Of a stretch of DNA of 64,000 nt, positions 12,113 through 24,136 are shown in pieces. The stretch comes from Basidiobolus meristosporus CBS 931.73. Lineage: Eukaryota; Fungi; Basidiobolomycota. Position 1 is the stretch's first letter, and each line of letters starts with the position of its first letter. The stretch is taken from positions 28,983-92,982 of the forward strand of contig MCFE01000332.1 in assembly GCA_002104905.1 (NCBI GenBank), given 5' to 3'. The notes under the pieces are model-generated. The model did no database searches, was not told where the DNA came from, and saw only the letters and a program-made list of their open reading frames with translations. The translations under genes were made by a program, and so were the position numbers.

Positions 12113-13160
12113 CTTATATATGGTAGTGAGTCACGCCAAAGGGAAAATAGTGTTGCATATATGTGTGTACATGGTGCCACAACATTATTTATAATGCTAC
12201 CTATTGTGGGCCATCATTGAATCTTAAATTCATGTAGGTGCAATGTCTCAAATACAAGACTGCTCTAAATTCACATGAGTATTGACAAAAAAGTGATATA
12301 ATAGCGTTATATTGTTGAAGGCCAAATTGTTTGACCCATGGACATGATTACTCTGATTCAACGCTGTAAGAGAAGAGAAAAAGACCATGAGGCTGTTGTA
12401 GAAAGCCTCTCAGCCATGAAGGATGCAGAGAGCATATGAAGTATTACAAGGATCAAAGCCAGTATATTGCCACAAAAGTCATATTTGACCATTCATCAGT
12501 CACTGCTGCACCAACATTATCTTGCTGGATAGTTGATACTTCTATATTGGGACCTGGCCATCTTTCTCACCTTGCACAAACTGAGTCAGGAGCCCAGTAA
12601 GCCATCTACTGGTGAATGATGTAATGTTGTGGCTAAAGAAGTGGCACATATCCACTAATATCACTAATGGGGGCTTTGAGGATTTATTACCGCTTCTTGC
12701 CAATATCATTCCAGGATATAACTTACCAAGTGTATGATACAAGTGGACAACTGCCATGAGGCTGGCAACATATGACCCAGAGACTGTCCTGATGCCGGCA
12801 TGTGTTAACAGTTGCATGGCATTCACATCTGAAAATGCTACCATAGCGACTTGTCCAAACTGTCAGGAATCCACCACAATTGAGGGAAAACATCATTCAC
12901 AATCTGGATATATCTTAGTAATACCCCATATAAAGAAGCTCATGCAGTCCAACAAATATTGAAAAGTTTTAAAGTACTACACTCTGTATCAATCAAGCAC
13001 AAAAATATCCATAATATTTAATGGCAAACATTACAAACAGCTAAGAAGCAAGGGCTACTTTGAAAGTATATATGACTATGCCTTTGCCTTGGCACTTGAG
13101 GGATTCTCATTAAACACTTTACCGGCAAATCCTGCTGGCCACTAATTTTCATCAACCTAC
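12113..13160 (+). pseudogene. CACTA/EnSpm-like transposase 5' remnant
   Basis: Homologous by eye to 49500-50750, including MRLATYDPETVLMPACVNSCMAF. Confidence 0.75.
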
Positions 13161-14940
13161 AGTGACCAAGACTAGTCCAGAGCTGTTAACAATAAATATC
13201 ACAATGTCTATTTTAGCTCTTAAGGAGATTGTTCTCATCAGCCACATATGTTGGAGTGCACTGTAGTCAGTATTTTGGACCTGTTAATGCCTCCTGAGGT
13301 CTGAAGTATTTCTTAGCTTGCTTGCTGTATGAAAATCCCTTACAGATACTCAGTTTTATTGGAATTTAGTAATTTAGGCCCAAATCAAGCTGATTTTTCA
13401 CTAATTGGCTGTTTTTCTGCTCCCCAATGTGTCCTAGCCTCCTATACATCATCTCCCAGTTAGGTTCATCAGTTTCAGTAATCTTGTCATACTCAGGAGC
13501 AATGATCTTGCACTGTAACTTGTATGTACTTTGATATCTCACTCCAAAAGCTAGTTTTGGTACATTTGCACTCAGTATTGATCAATTCAGCTTAGTAAGA
13601 AACAGTTTTAGTCCCTGAGTAGTTGCTCCACTGACTGAGAGTAGGTTCTTAGCAATACCAGGTGCATAGAGTATGTCAATCAGTTTTGCTGTTGGTGCCC
13701 CTGAGACATCACTCATATTTAGCTGCGTTGACCAACTAGCAGTGGCTGCCTGTGCAGAGTTATCTCCCCAACAAACCTTTCTTACAGAAATAGTCTTGAG
13801 TTCCTCAGCCACTCCTTTATACCACAGAAATACTATGATACTTCAGAGTCAATAGACCAATCATTACTTTGGTTACTTGCACTCTCTTGTATAGTTACAA
13901 ATAGCTGTTGAGAAGCAGTTATATGGTTTGCCTGCTCTGTTTCTGTTTTTTGTCCGCTTGTTTCTTCATGAATTTGGTTGCCTAGTGTCCTGGCTTTGTA
14001 CAGTAGCAGCAGGAACCTGGGGTTTTTTTGTTTTGTTGCTTTCCCTTCTTTCCTGTCTGTCTTTATGAGCTGAATAAGGCGTTATATTTGATTTTCTCTC
14101 CTTAATCATAACATCTGAGTTCTTCATGGACAAGTATTACTTTGACATAGTCCAAAGCCAGATTGCCTTCTCTGCTTTCAAAAGAAATTATGAGTGGCTC
14201 ATACTCATCTGGCAAGCTGCAAAGCAGACAGAGTCTCTTTTCTTCATCATCCGCACCAGCATTAATAATGTATAGTTCTTCTGCAAGTGTCTCTATTCTG
14301 GGAATGAGCTGTACCATATCATCATCTGGCTTCTTCTTCATGTTGAAGAACTTTTGCTGTAAATAAAGCTTGCTTAATACCAACTTTACTTTGGCAGCAT
14401 CTGAACCATGAATCTGTCCAATGAAGGAATCTTGCGCATTGATACAAATGGCATTCAAGGCTTTTCTCTCTTTCTCTTGAAACTTCTCCACTTCTCCTGC
14501 TTTTCCTTTGGCCTCAACTTCTCTTTCTGTTGCCATATTTCAAAGCTCTCTTTCCTTAAGGCAGATATGCGTATAAATATTCCAAAGTCTGTAGTTCTTC
14601 CCACCAAACCTCTCCTTTACAGGGAAGATGTTTGTATTGTTCTGTTTGCTGTTAGATGTCTTCTATAGAATAGATGAAGGCCATTGGGCCTAATAACCTG
14701 TCATAATTATGAGAAGTGATTTGGATATAAGGAACTTATCAAGAATTAGTGATATTGGTTGGACCTTTGTTTGTTCATAAGGAACCTCAGCAGTTATACC
14801 TTTGTGAAGTCACACAACTGTAATATTAAGTAAGAAGAGCTTCTCAACGCTCAGGAGCATTCTTTAACAGTTTCAGAGTTAGTACATAATGCCTGGTAAA
14901 AGTGTTATCTGATCCTGACTATAGGAGTATGATCATAGGA
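13160..14940 (-). mobile_element. Ty1/copia family B remnant (5' LTR 14699 to about 14940, PBS, gag, deleted pol)
   Basis: PBS-like GGTTATTAGGCCC at 14686-14698 (minus). Gag 14102-14536 (KLYLQQKFF, LLCSLPDEYEPLIISFE). Protease-region DILYAPGIAKNLLSVS and RT scraps at 13200-13560. The LTR is homologous to 28314-28682. Confidence 0.75.
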
Positions 14941-17210
14941 CCATAAATCTAAATAAAGTGGCAAAGTTAGGGCTGTATGTTAGTCCCACAGTGTCCATGA
15001 CTGGTCCAGAATTGTTAAGTAAATTTTTAGCTGCTGAATGATACCAAATAGTCATATATTTCAATAGATTTCTGGGCAGTTTCTCAGCTTTTGCGGTACA
15101 AGCAAATATTCCTATATATTTGCATGCACTAATACTCCATTTTGCAGTGGGGAGTATTTTATATAGTTGCTTGCTTTGTGCCATGAATTTTGCAGAAGTG
15201 GATGAAGAGTTTGAAGTATATTCTTCATCAGTGTCCAAGCTTCCTATTATAGTTTTTTAACCTGTTTCTCTCTTTGCCTTGGCTTTAAACTCCCTAAGCC
15301 TAGACAGAGCTTCTTCATTTCTACCCATGTTTATCTAGTATAATCATCATTAAAAGAGATTTGATACTTCATCCTGCCTAGGGATAAATTTTGCATAGGT
15401 CCACACAGATCTGAGTAAATTAGATCAAATTATCTTAGCTTTGACTGACCCAGAGCTCTTGAATATTTTTTTGGCTTATTTCCCATATATTCAGATTTCA
15501 CAATATTCTAAATTAGCAGGGAAATCAATCTTTACTCTGGTAATTAGCTGATCTCTGATCATTTTGTGCAAATAATCAAAATTGATATGTCCAAATCTCC
15601 TGTGACAAAGCATTGGTGTTTCCTCACCTAAGTGACTTATATTGGCCTCCAGATATAATGGAATATGAGTTAACCTGTAAATACTCTGATCTCTGATACC
15701 AAGACAATATGAGCCCTATATTGATCAGTGTTACTGAATCCAGAATTGCCAAAGCTGAAACTGATCCATTGCGTAGTGGCCTTGCTTAAATATAGTAGGT
15801 TCTTGGCTATTTCTGGTACATAGAGTACTTTGTTGAAGGTGACTGTATGGCATTCTTTACTGCTTCTCATGTTTACCAGTACAACTTATGTTGCAACCAC
15901 ATCAAGTGCTCTAAAGTCACTCATGCAAAACTTCTTGATTGCAATATTGTGATTTTGGGTTAAAAGCTCCTTTTGGGTGTTAAGTGTTGAAATGCTTCAG
16001 AATAAATATACTACATCTCAGAATCCTTGTTTGCAGTCATATATAGCGCAGATAGAATGGTCTCTCTTTGGGTGTTGCAGCATATACATATTCAGGTTGT
16101 TTCTACTCTCTTTCTTTATGAAGCACTGGTCTGATGTGTGTCCTTTTCTTTTGCTGTGGTTGAAAAGCAGGTTACTATTGCCTTTAAAGTGCCCCAGAAG
16201 TCTCCCTTGTGGCTGACCATTGCTTATTTAAGGATTTTCTTCTTCCTTCACATTGGTGCTTAATATTCTTAATTCTTCATTGATAATACTTCCATATATG
16301 TAATTTTAGGTCAAACACTCAGTTCCAGACTATAGGGCTGCTACAAGGCCCTGAAACCTATCTGTCAGGCTATTCTGGATGGTAACTATTACATCCTCAA
16401 CAGTAGTTGTTTTGTCCACCAATTCCATCTTCAGTAGGGTAGTCATGTTAATAGAGCTCTCAGTTTGTTTACTGGCAGCATCTTTGTAGTTAAGAATACA
16501 TGTCTGAGATACATTTTCATAGCAACAGAACATGACTAGTATATGTTGTCCAATGTCTTTAAGGCATTTTTGCAATTTTTGCTCTTCAGTATTGCATTAG
16601 CAATTTGTCTTAGACATTAAGGCTGATGCAGTAAAAGGCACTTAATTATTTCTTCTGGTGCTTCAGGGTGTCCTCTCCCACATTTTAGATTGGTATCCTT
16701 CTCCCATGTCAATATCTAAAAGGCCTCTTTCTTATAGCAGTATCTTCATTTTCACCCTCCACAATTGGTTGTGAGACCCCCTCCCCAACTTTTCAGCACA
16801 AGGAAGAAATCTAGAAATAGTAGAGAACATTGCAGAGAGTAATAGCTTGAGGCAAATAACCTGTTGCAAGAGTCTTGGAGATATTGGAAGTGATTATGGG
16901 GACAAGTTGATTATGTGGTATTAATTCAACTTTTCATATAATGTAAAAGTAGCATTCATGCTTTTATATGGTCTTGGCATGACAAGCATCTAGAATAGGC
17001 TTAGGATGGTCCCAATAAAATGTAGGCAAAGTTTTGGGGCTGCTTGGAAATCTTTGAGAATTTTCATGTTTTGGGTAACTAATATTGTACTAAAAGTATT
17101 TTAAGTGAATCTGCACAAGGATTTTGGTCAGTGCTCTCTAGAATTTGAAGGAACAAGTCTAATTGACTAAGTAAGGGGCTATTTAGGTGCATTTACAAAT
17201 TCTTACAATA
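14940..17210 (-). mobile_element. Ty1/copia family C-related remnant (5' LTR 16862-17210, gag, protease, integrase N-half)
   Basis: The LTR aligns to 55998-56344 and is followed by a degenerate PBS (GGTTATTTGCC). Also KVLYVPEIAKNLL, GAG-pre-integrase sequence and integrase fragment 14933-15420. Confidence 0.75.
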
Positions 17211-17890
17211 AGTATGACAAGAATTGCAGCCAGAGTTTTGCTACACAAGTCATATTTGACCATTCATTGGTCACCACTGTACTGACCATATCTTGCCAGC
17301 TGCTTCATACTTCTATAATGGCACCTAGCCATATTTGTCACCTTGTGCAAACTGAATCAGGTGATATTATGACACCTTTGGGCTCACCTCAGCCATCTGA
17401 ACAAGGCACTCTGCATCATACACTACAAAAAATTACTGTGATGATCCCATCAGGACACCATGCAGAGACTGTTGAAAAATCATTGCACCCCAGATTTCAC
17501 ACAAACATGGTCAAATTTTTGATCATAACATTATATAAATGGCTTTTGATTGGTTCCCTGCCAGTTTGGGCACTTTCTGATTGCAGATACTTAATCACCT
17601 CCCACATTTGTGTATATTGAGAGGCTAATGCCTCTTTTTTGCATTCCTTACTTCCTCACTCTACTGTTTCTCTTACTTTTCATGCATACAAGCTAATTTA
17701 TTTCCATTGCAACTTCAGTTGTGCCTCATTTGCCAAATGCATTGGCCTATACAAGTCCATACACCCTACAATAACATTAAGCCCAACCCTGCATTCAATA
17801 AGAAACTCAATTAAAGTTCACCACTCAATCAGTATTTCTGCTGTAATGCTCTGTTTCCACAACTTTGGCAGGGACCCAACAACTTTATGG

Positions 17891-18592
17891 CACTGTTCAT
17901 TCACTGATTCTCAAACATCCTGGTCTTCAGCTGGCACTGCAAGGTCTAGCACCTCATTTGCTGGTCTTTGCAATAAATCCTCGCAATATTCAAGTGTGTT
18001 CTCTTGAGTGCTGCTCTTGAAGAAGTGCTGCAACCACATGGTGTGCCTATTGATGTTCCAAAACTTCACTGAAGGCATTGTGTCAGTGTTTTGAGTTCTT
18101 GACATTGTAGCCTTGTCCGTCAGTGGGGTCCCCACTCTGTCAGCAATGGATGATGTGGAGGCTCTGGTAGACAAATTGCCTTTTTCAGCAAACTCATCTA
18201 CCTTGCTGGAGTGTAGCTCAACTGGTGGCACAACTTCATGCCACTGTTCATTCACTGATTCTCAAACATCATGGTCTTCAGCTAGCACTGCAAGGTCTAG
18301 CTCCTCATTTGCCAGTCTTTGCAATAAATCCTTGCAATATTCCAATGTGTTTTCTAGAATGCTGCTCTTGAAGGAGTGCTGCAACCTCTTGGTGTGCCTA
18401 TAAATGCTCCAAAATTCCACTGAAGGCATTGTGATAGTCTTTTGAGCTCTTGACATTGTAGCATTGTCTGTCAGTGGGATCTCTACTCTGTCAACAATGG
18501 AGGATGTGGAGGCTGTGGTAGACAAATTGCCTTTTTCAGCAAACTCCTCTACCTTGCTGGAGTTTAGCTCAACTGGCTGTGCTTCCAACTCT
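17891..18592. repeat. Tandem duplication with 351-bp period inside the CACTA accessory gene
   Basis: CACTGTTCATTCACTGATTCTCAAACATC recurs at 17891 and 18242. ORFs 17911-18255 and 18262-18588 are paralogous, and K2 has one unit. Confidence 0.85.
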
Positions 18593-19625
18593 TGTGAAAA
18601 AAGCTTCTTTCTTGCTGGTAATTATTCTTGGCTATGATAGGTTTCAGTCTGTTCCAGGCCTGCAGCTTTAATTGGCAAGAACTGCAGTTTTTTGGATGCT
18701 TCCTTGTCAAAAGCTGGATAGACATTTTTCCCTTGCCTTTTTCTTTACTACTGCCAGATCTTTCACCGCTACTTTGTCCAAGTACTTCCTGTATGGGGCT
18801 GCATTTTCTCCTTGATAAACACTGCTCTGATGCATCTGTATTGGCCTGCTTGTCTCTTGCTGGCACTCTGTGGGCATCCTTACATTCTTTTCTGCATATT
18901 TTGAGCTCTCAGCTGTAGTTGTGATGGGCCCCTGAGAATGCCACTGATTTTATTACTACCAGGACCTACACTGCTACATTGACTGAGTGCTTCTTGAGTA
19001 GTACTACACTTTTTCCTTCATAAATGTTGTGCTGGTGCATCAGAGTCTGCCGGCTTTTCTCTTATTGGCACTCTTCCAGCTACCTGAGGTCTCTTTGACA
19101 CTTGTCTGGAGCATTTGGTCCTGCTTGTAATGGGCTGTTGAGGAAGCAGCTGGTTTTTAGCCATGGCACCCTTGTTCTTCTGCCTTTGATAGCTTCTGGT
19201 ATTCATAAGATACTTTCTTAGCATATCAATGCTGGCCCAAAATCTGTTAGCCTGTTTGCATCCAGGATAATGCTCATGAAGCAAGTCAAGTGCATTCTGC
19301 TTGGCCTTGAGTTTCTGATGGTCCTATGGTATGCTTGCCTTGAGGTAATGGTGTGCTCAACTACTGAAGGCCTCTTGAATATTAGCCAACTCTTCATTGC
19401 TGCACTCAATAACTTCACAGACCTTTGATGTCTTTTGATTTTTAGGCTTTGGTGTATATATCATATTGCCTCCCTCCCATTCTGTGATAGGTTTTTCTTT
19501 GGGCTTTATCTTTAGACAGTAATCTTGTGCTTCAAAGACTGTATGGTGTTACATCAGGAAATGGCTCAATTCTTGGCTGTGACATTGAGCTACTTGAGTT
19601 CAAGAAAGAAGCAGCCTTCCTCAAG

Positions 19626-22600
19626 ATGTTCAATAATGAAGAATGGAAGAATGCCATGCAGCAAATCCTGGCCCAACAGCAACTGTTACTCCAGATCCTC
19701 AGCCAACAGCAACAAGGAATGACTACCATGGCTCAGAGCCAGCAAAGCCCTATCAAGAGCAACTTTAGTGTGAAGGTCAACCAGTACCATGGCAGAGTCA
19801 ATGAAAACCTGGGAACTTGGCTCTTCCAGACTGAAGAAGCTTGTAAAGCTAAAGGAATTGCTCCAGAAAGTAAGTTGCATTATGCAGCTTCTTACCTGGC
19901 AGATGCAGCCTTACAGTGGTACAACAACAAGAGCAGGTCAGCCACCATGATGGGATGCTCTACAATCTCTACCTGGGATGAGTTTGTGTCGGAAATTCAG
20001 TATGCTTTTGAACCTCCACACCAGCAGACACTACTAAGAAGGAAGTTAAAGACACTCAGACAGAAAGGAATGGTGCAAGAATACATCTATGAGTACAGAT
20101 GTCTACTTGGACAAATTAAAAAAATGGACCCCTTAGATCAAGTTGAATACTTTATTGATGGGTTGAAAGAAAGAACTTGCAAGGAAGTGAATTACCAAAG
20201 ACCTCAGACTATTGAAGAAGCCATCACGATTGCCATTGACTATGACTCAGCTATGTTTGGAGTTGGGAAGCCTACAGTGACTAAGCAGAAAGGCTACAAT
20301 CATTATGAAAGAAGACAGTCCAAAGCAGTACCAATGGAAATAGATGCTATGCAGAAGAATCCTGCCTTGGAAGAATGTAAGAAGAAAGGACTTTGCTTCA
20401 ATTGCCACCAGCAAGGACATATTGCAAGGTACTGCCCTCAGAGAAGAAATGGACACCAGCCATCAAGAACCTTTAACCGTATTGAGGCCATGGGGCATAG
20501 TAACATGAAGGATGAACTTGAAGAAGACTCAGAACTCACCTTCCACATGACAGAAGAATACCTATCCCAGATGACCTCAAACTCAGGAAAGCTATTACAC
20601 TTGAATGGAGTAATCAATGGAGTACCTGCTAAGATCATGATTGACTCACGAGCATTGCATGAATACATGTCAGAGCAATTTGCCTTGAAAGCTGGAATCA
20701 ACTCAGAACCTACCAAATCAACTTCAGTCTCCACAGCTGATGGGAACTCCCACATAATCAACCATATTACCCAGCCAGTAAGAATGAAGATCAATGACTA
20801 TGAAGAAGACCTACAGGCTTATATATTTGGGAACTGCAAGTTTGACCTTGTACTTGGAAAAACCTGGCTATTTTGTTGTAATCCATCAATCAACTGGAGA
20901 ACCGATGCTACTCAGATCCAAAAAGACAACAAGACCTATGAGCTATTACCTGCCAGGCTGGATTTCAACTTGGTCAATTCCAGTATGTGTGAGACAAGTG
21001 AACTTAGCAAGACCCAGTTCTGTAGAGCGCTTAGAAAAGGTACTCAGATGTTCCTCATGGCGGTTTTACAGGAGGATTCCTCTACCCCAGCACCCCAGCA
21101 GGTCCAGACACTCTTGAAGAAATATTCAGATGTGTTTCCAGATGAGCTTGTAAGCCTACCACCAGTCAGAGATGTGGATCATGCCATTGACACAGGAGAT
21201 AGCCCTCCAGTGAGCAAGACACCTTACAGAATGAGTCCATTGGAATTGGAGGAAATGAGGAGACAAATTGATCAGCTATTGGGGCAAGGATATATCAGGC
21301 CCAGCAAGTCACCCTGGGGAGCACCAGTGCTTTTTGTGAAAAAGAAGGATGGAACACTTAGGATGTGCATTGACTACAGAGCCCTGAACTCCGTTACCGT
21401 CAAGAATAAGTACCCCATACCTCGGATTGATGAGCTTTTGGACCAACTTAATGGAGCCACTATTTTCAGCAAGATTGACCTCATGTCAGGATACAACCAG
21501 ACTAGGGTGAAGCCAGAAGACATCCCTAAGACAGCATTCAGGACCAGATATGGACATTACAAGTACCTAGTCATGAGTTTTGGCCTCACCAATGCCCCTG
21601 CAACTTTCATGACCCTGATGCAGACTGTCTTCCAGGAGTACTTAGACAAGTTTGTGATAATCTACCTGGATGACATATTGATATACAGCAAGACAGAAAA
21701 GGATCACATGGTGCACATTGAAAAGGTCTTGAAGAAACTAAGAGAGAACAAGCTATATGGCAAGCTAGCCAAGTGTGAATTCTTCAAGGAACACATGGAA
21801 TACCTGGGACACATAGTGACTAGCACAGGAGTGACCTTAGACCCTAAGAAGGTCAAAGTTATAAAGAATTTGAAGCAGCCCCATAGTATATCAGAACTCA
21901 GATCATTCCTTGGAATGGTTTCCTATTATCGGAGATTTGTCAAGGCTTTTGCAAGTATTGCAGCCCCTTTAACTGATATCCTCAAGAAAGACAATACCTA
22001 CAAGTGGGACATAGCTTGTGAGACTGCCTTCCAGATGCTCAAGAATGAACTTGCTAAGCTGCCAAGCTTAAGAATACCAGACTTCAGAAAAGAGTTCCCT
22101 CTGTGCACAGATGCTTCAGATTATGCAATTGGTGGAGTGCTGAGCCAAGAACACAGGGAAAGGACTACCCTGTTGCCTTTGAATCCAAGAAACTGAACTC
22201 AGCAGAACAAAACTATCCAGTCCATGAGAAGGAGATGCTTGCTATAATACACTGTTTGAAGACATGGAGATGCTATATTGAAGGAGTCAAATGCACTGTG
22301 AAGACTGATCATACCTCCCTCAAGTATATATTTACTCAGAAGGTACTCTCTAGAAGAATGACAAGATGGAGTGAATACATTCAGCAATTTGACCTGGAGA
22401 TTGTCTACTGCCCTGGAAAAAACAACACGGTTGCTGACGCCTTATCAAGATTAGATCAAGTTGCACAGCTTAACTTGGTGCATGAATCAGATTGGCCTAG
22501 CCTATTACTAAAGTACTTGGGGGACTAAGCCATTCCTAATGCGGTGGATGAAGATATCAAGAAGATAATCCATGATGAAGCCAGCAAATTTGTAGTACAG

Positions 22601-23755
22601 GATGAAACACTCCACCAAATTGTTGATGGAAGCCCTATTGCCTATTGCCCTTATGTTTCTTGCCTGAATTTAATATATAAGCTACACAATGAATATGGAC
22701 ATCTTGGGATTGAAGGAACCTATAGCCTTGTGAAAGCCAGAGCATGGTGGCCCAGAATGAAACAAGATATTGAGAAGCTAGTGAAAACATGCCCAAACTG
22801 CCAAATCAATCAAGGCCAGCCACAAAGAATTGCCAAACTCTTCCCTTTGGAGCCTGTAAGACCATTTGAGAGATGGGGAATTGACTTAATTGGAAGATTG
22901 CCAACTACCAGGAAATGCAACCGTTGGATCCTAGTAGCAATTGACCATGCCACTAAATGGCCAGTTGCTAAAGCTGTACCAATAGCCAGTGAACAAGAAG
23001 TTGCAAGTTTCATTTACCATGAGATCCTGATGAAGTATGGATGCCCTGTGGAGATCTTATCTGATAGAGGAGCAAACTTTATGGCAAAGACATTAGAGGC
23101 TTACCTGGAAATGCAGTAGATCAGACACTTGAAAACCTCGGCATATCACCCCAGAACTAATGGAGTCACTGAGCGGTTTAATGGATTATTTGGAAAAATC
23201 CTCACCAAGTATGCAAATGGAGTTGTCAGTAGATGGGATGAGTATATAGACCAAGCACTCTTTGCATGCAGAGTCAGAGTACACAACACCACCCAGCAAT
23301 CACCATTTTACTTAGTGTATGGATGTGAACCAAGGATTTCAGGAGATCTCACACAACCAAAGCTTACAGACACCTTAGAAGATGAACTCAGTCAGCCAAG
23401 TAGACACCAGCAACTGGAACAAAGACGTCAAGAGGCACAGACCAAAGTATCTCAAAGTGCAGAAAAGATGAAGCCGAGATTTGATAAGACTATAGCACCA
23501 GAAGCATTGACAGTTGGGAACTTTGTATTGCTAAGAAACAACACTTGGAAGAAGTTTCAGCCACAATGAACAGGACCATTCAAGATCATCAGAGAATGTC
23601 CATTTGCAACTTACCAACTGGTGGACAAACAAGGCAATATCCGGGAAGACTTAGTGCATAGGGACAGACTCAAGCTTGCAAGACTTGCTGATAATACTGA
23701 ACCATCAAGATATTGGTATCACAAGAAAAGAGGTTCAGGAGAACCCTCTCAACTT
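19626..23755 (+). pseudogene. Gypsy E gag-pol (capsid, CCHC knuckle, protease, RT, RNase H, integrase), few lesions
   Basis: Motifs [71 protein letters not shown] and TSAYHPRTNG. A 1-nt frameshift lies at about 22160, with stops at 22526, 23117 and 23567. Confidence 0.92.
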
Positions 23756-24136
23756 TAGTAGGGGAGAATGTTATGATCTGCCACTTGAATGTTTAAGTTA
23801 GATCAGTTTTTAGTCAAATCAATTAGTATATGTTTAGGTTATCAGTATATCAGTATTATCTATCAAATCAGTAGCATTAGTCAGCAAATGAATCAGCAGA
23901 TCCTTATTGAACAGAAATAGACATATTAAGCAGGATCTTATTGGGTGATGATGATGCAATCAGATGAGTCATCAGCCACAACCTACATTAGGAAATACAA
24001 TTAGTCAGCAATTGATCTGGCAAAATGTTTATAAGGAGCTGCTGGAACCTCAATAAAAATCAGTTCAAGTTTTAGTGAATACAATACTAGCTAAACTCCC
24101 TATTCCTCTACAACTCTTATACCAAGACTTGTAACA
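19626..24136 (+). mobile_element. Ty3/gypsy family E, 5' LTR missing, 3' LTR 23769-24136
   Basis: PPT GTAGGGGAGAA precedes TGTTATGATC...CTTGTAACA (368 bp). No matching LTR upstream of gag. Confidence 0.88.

Noticed and set aside
17150-17163. GGAACAAGTCT+AAT resembling an H terminus
   Set aside because: It aligns without gaps to the copia C LTR (GAAGGTAATGATCTAAG) and has no partner end or TSD.
19626-19660. NNEEW peptide shared by gypsy E gag start and the CACTA accessory protein
   Set aside because: It is a five-residue match on opposite strands at non-corresponding positions, so most likely chance.
19660-19745. Q-rich CAG/CAA run as a repeat-expansion locus
   Set aside because: It is an ordinary low-complexity gag N-terminus with no pure tract.
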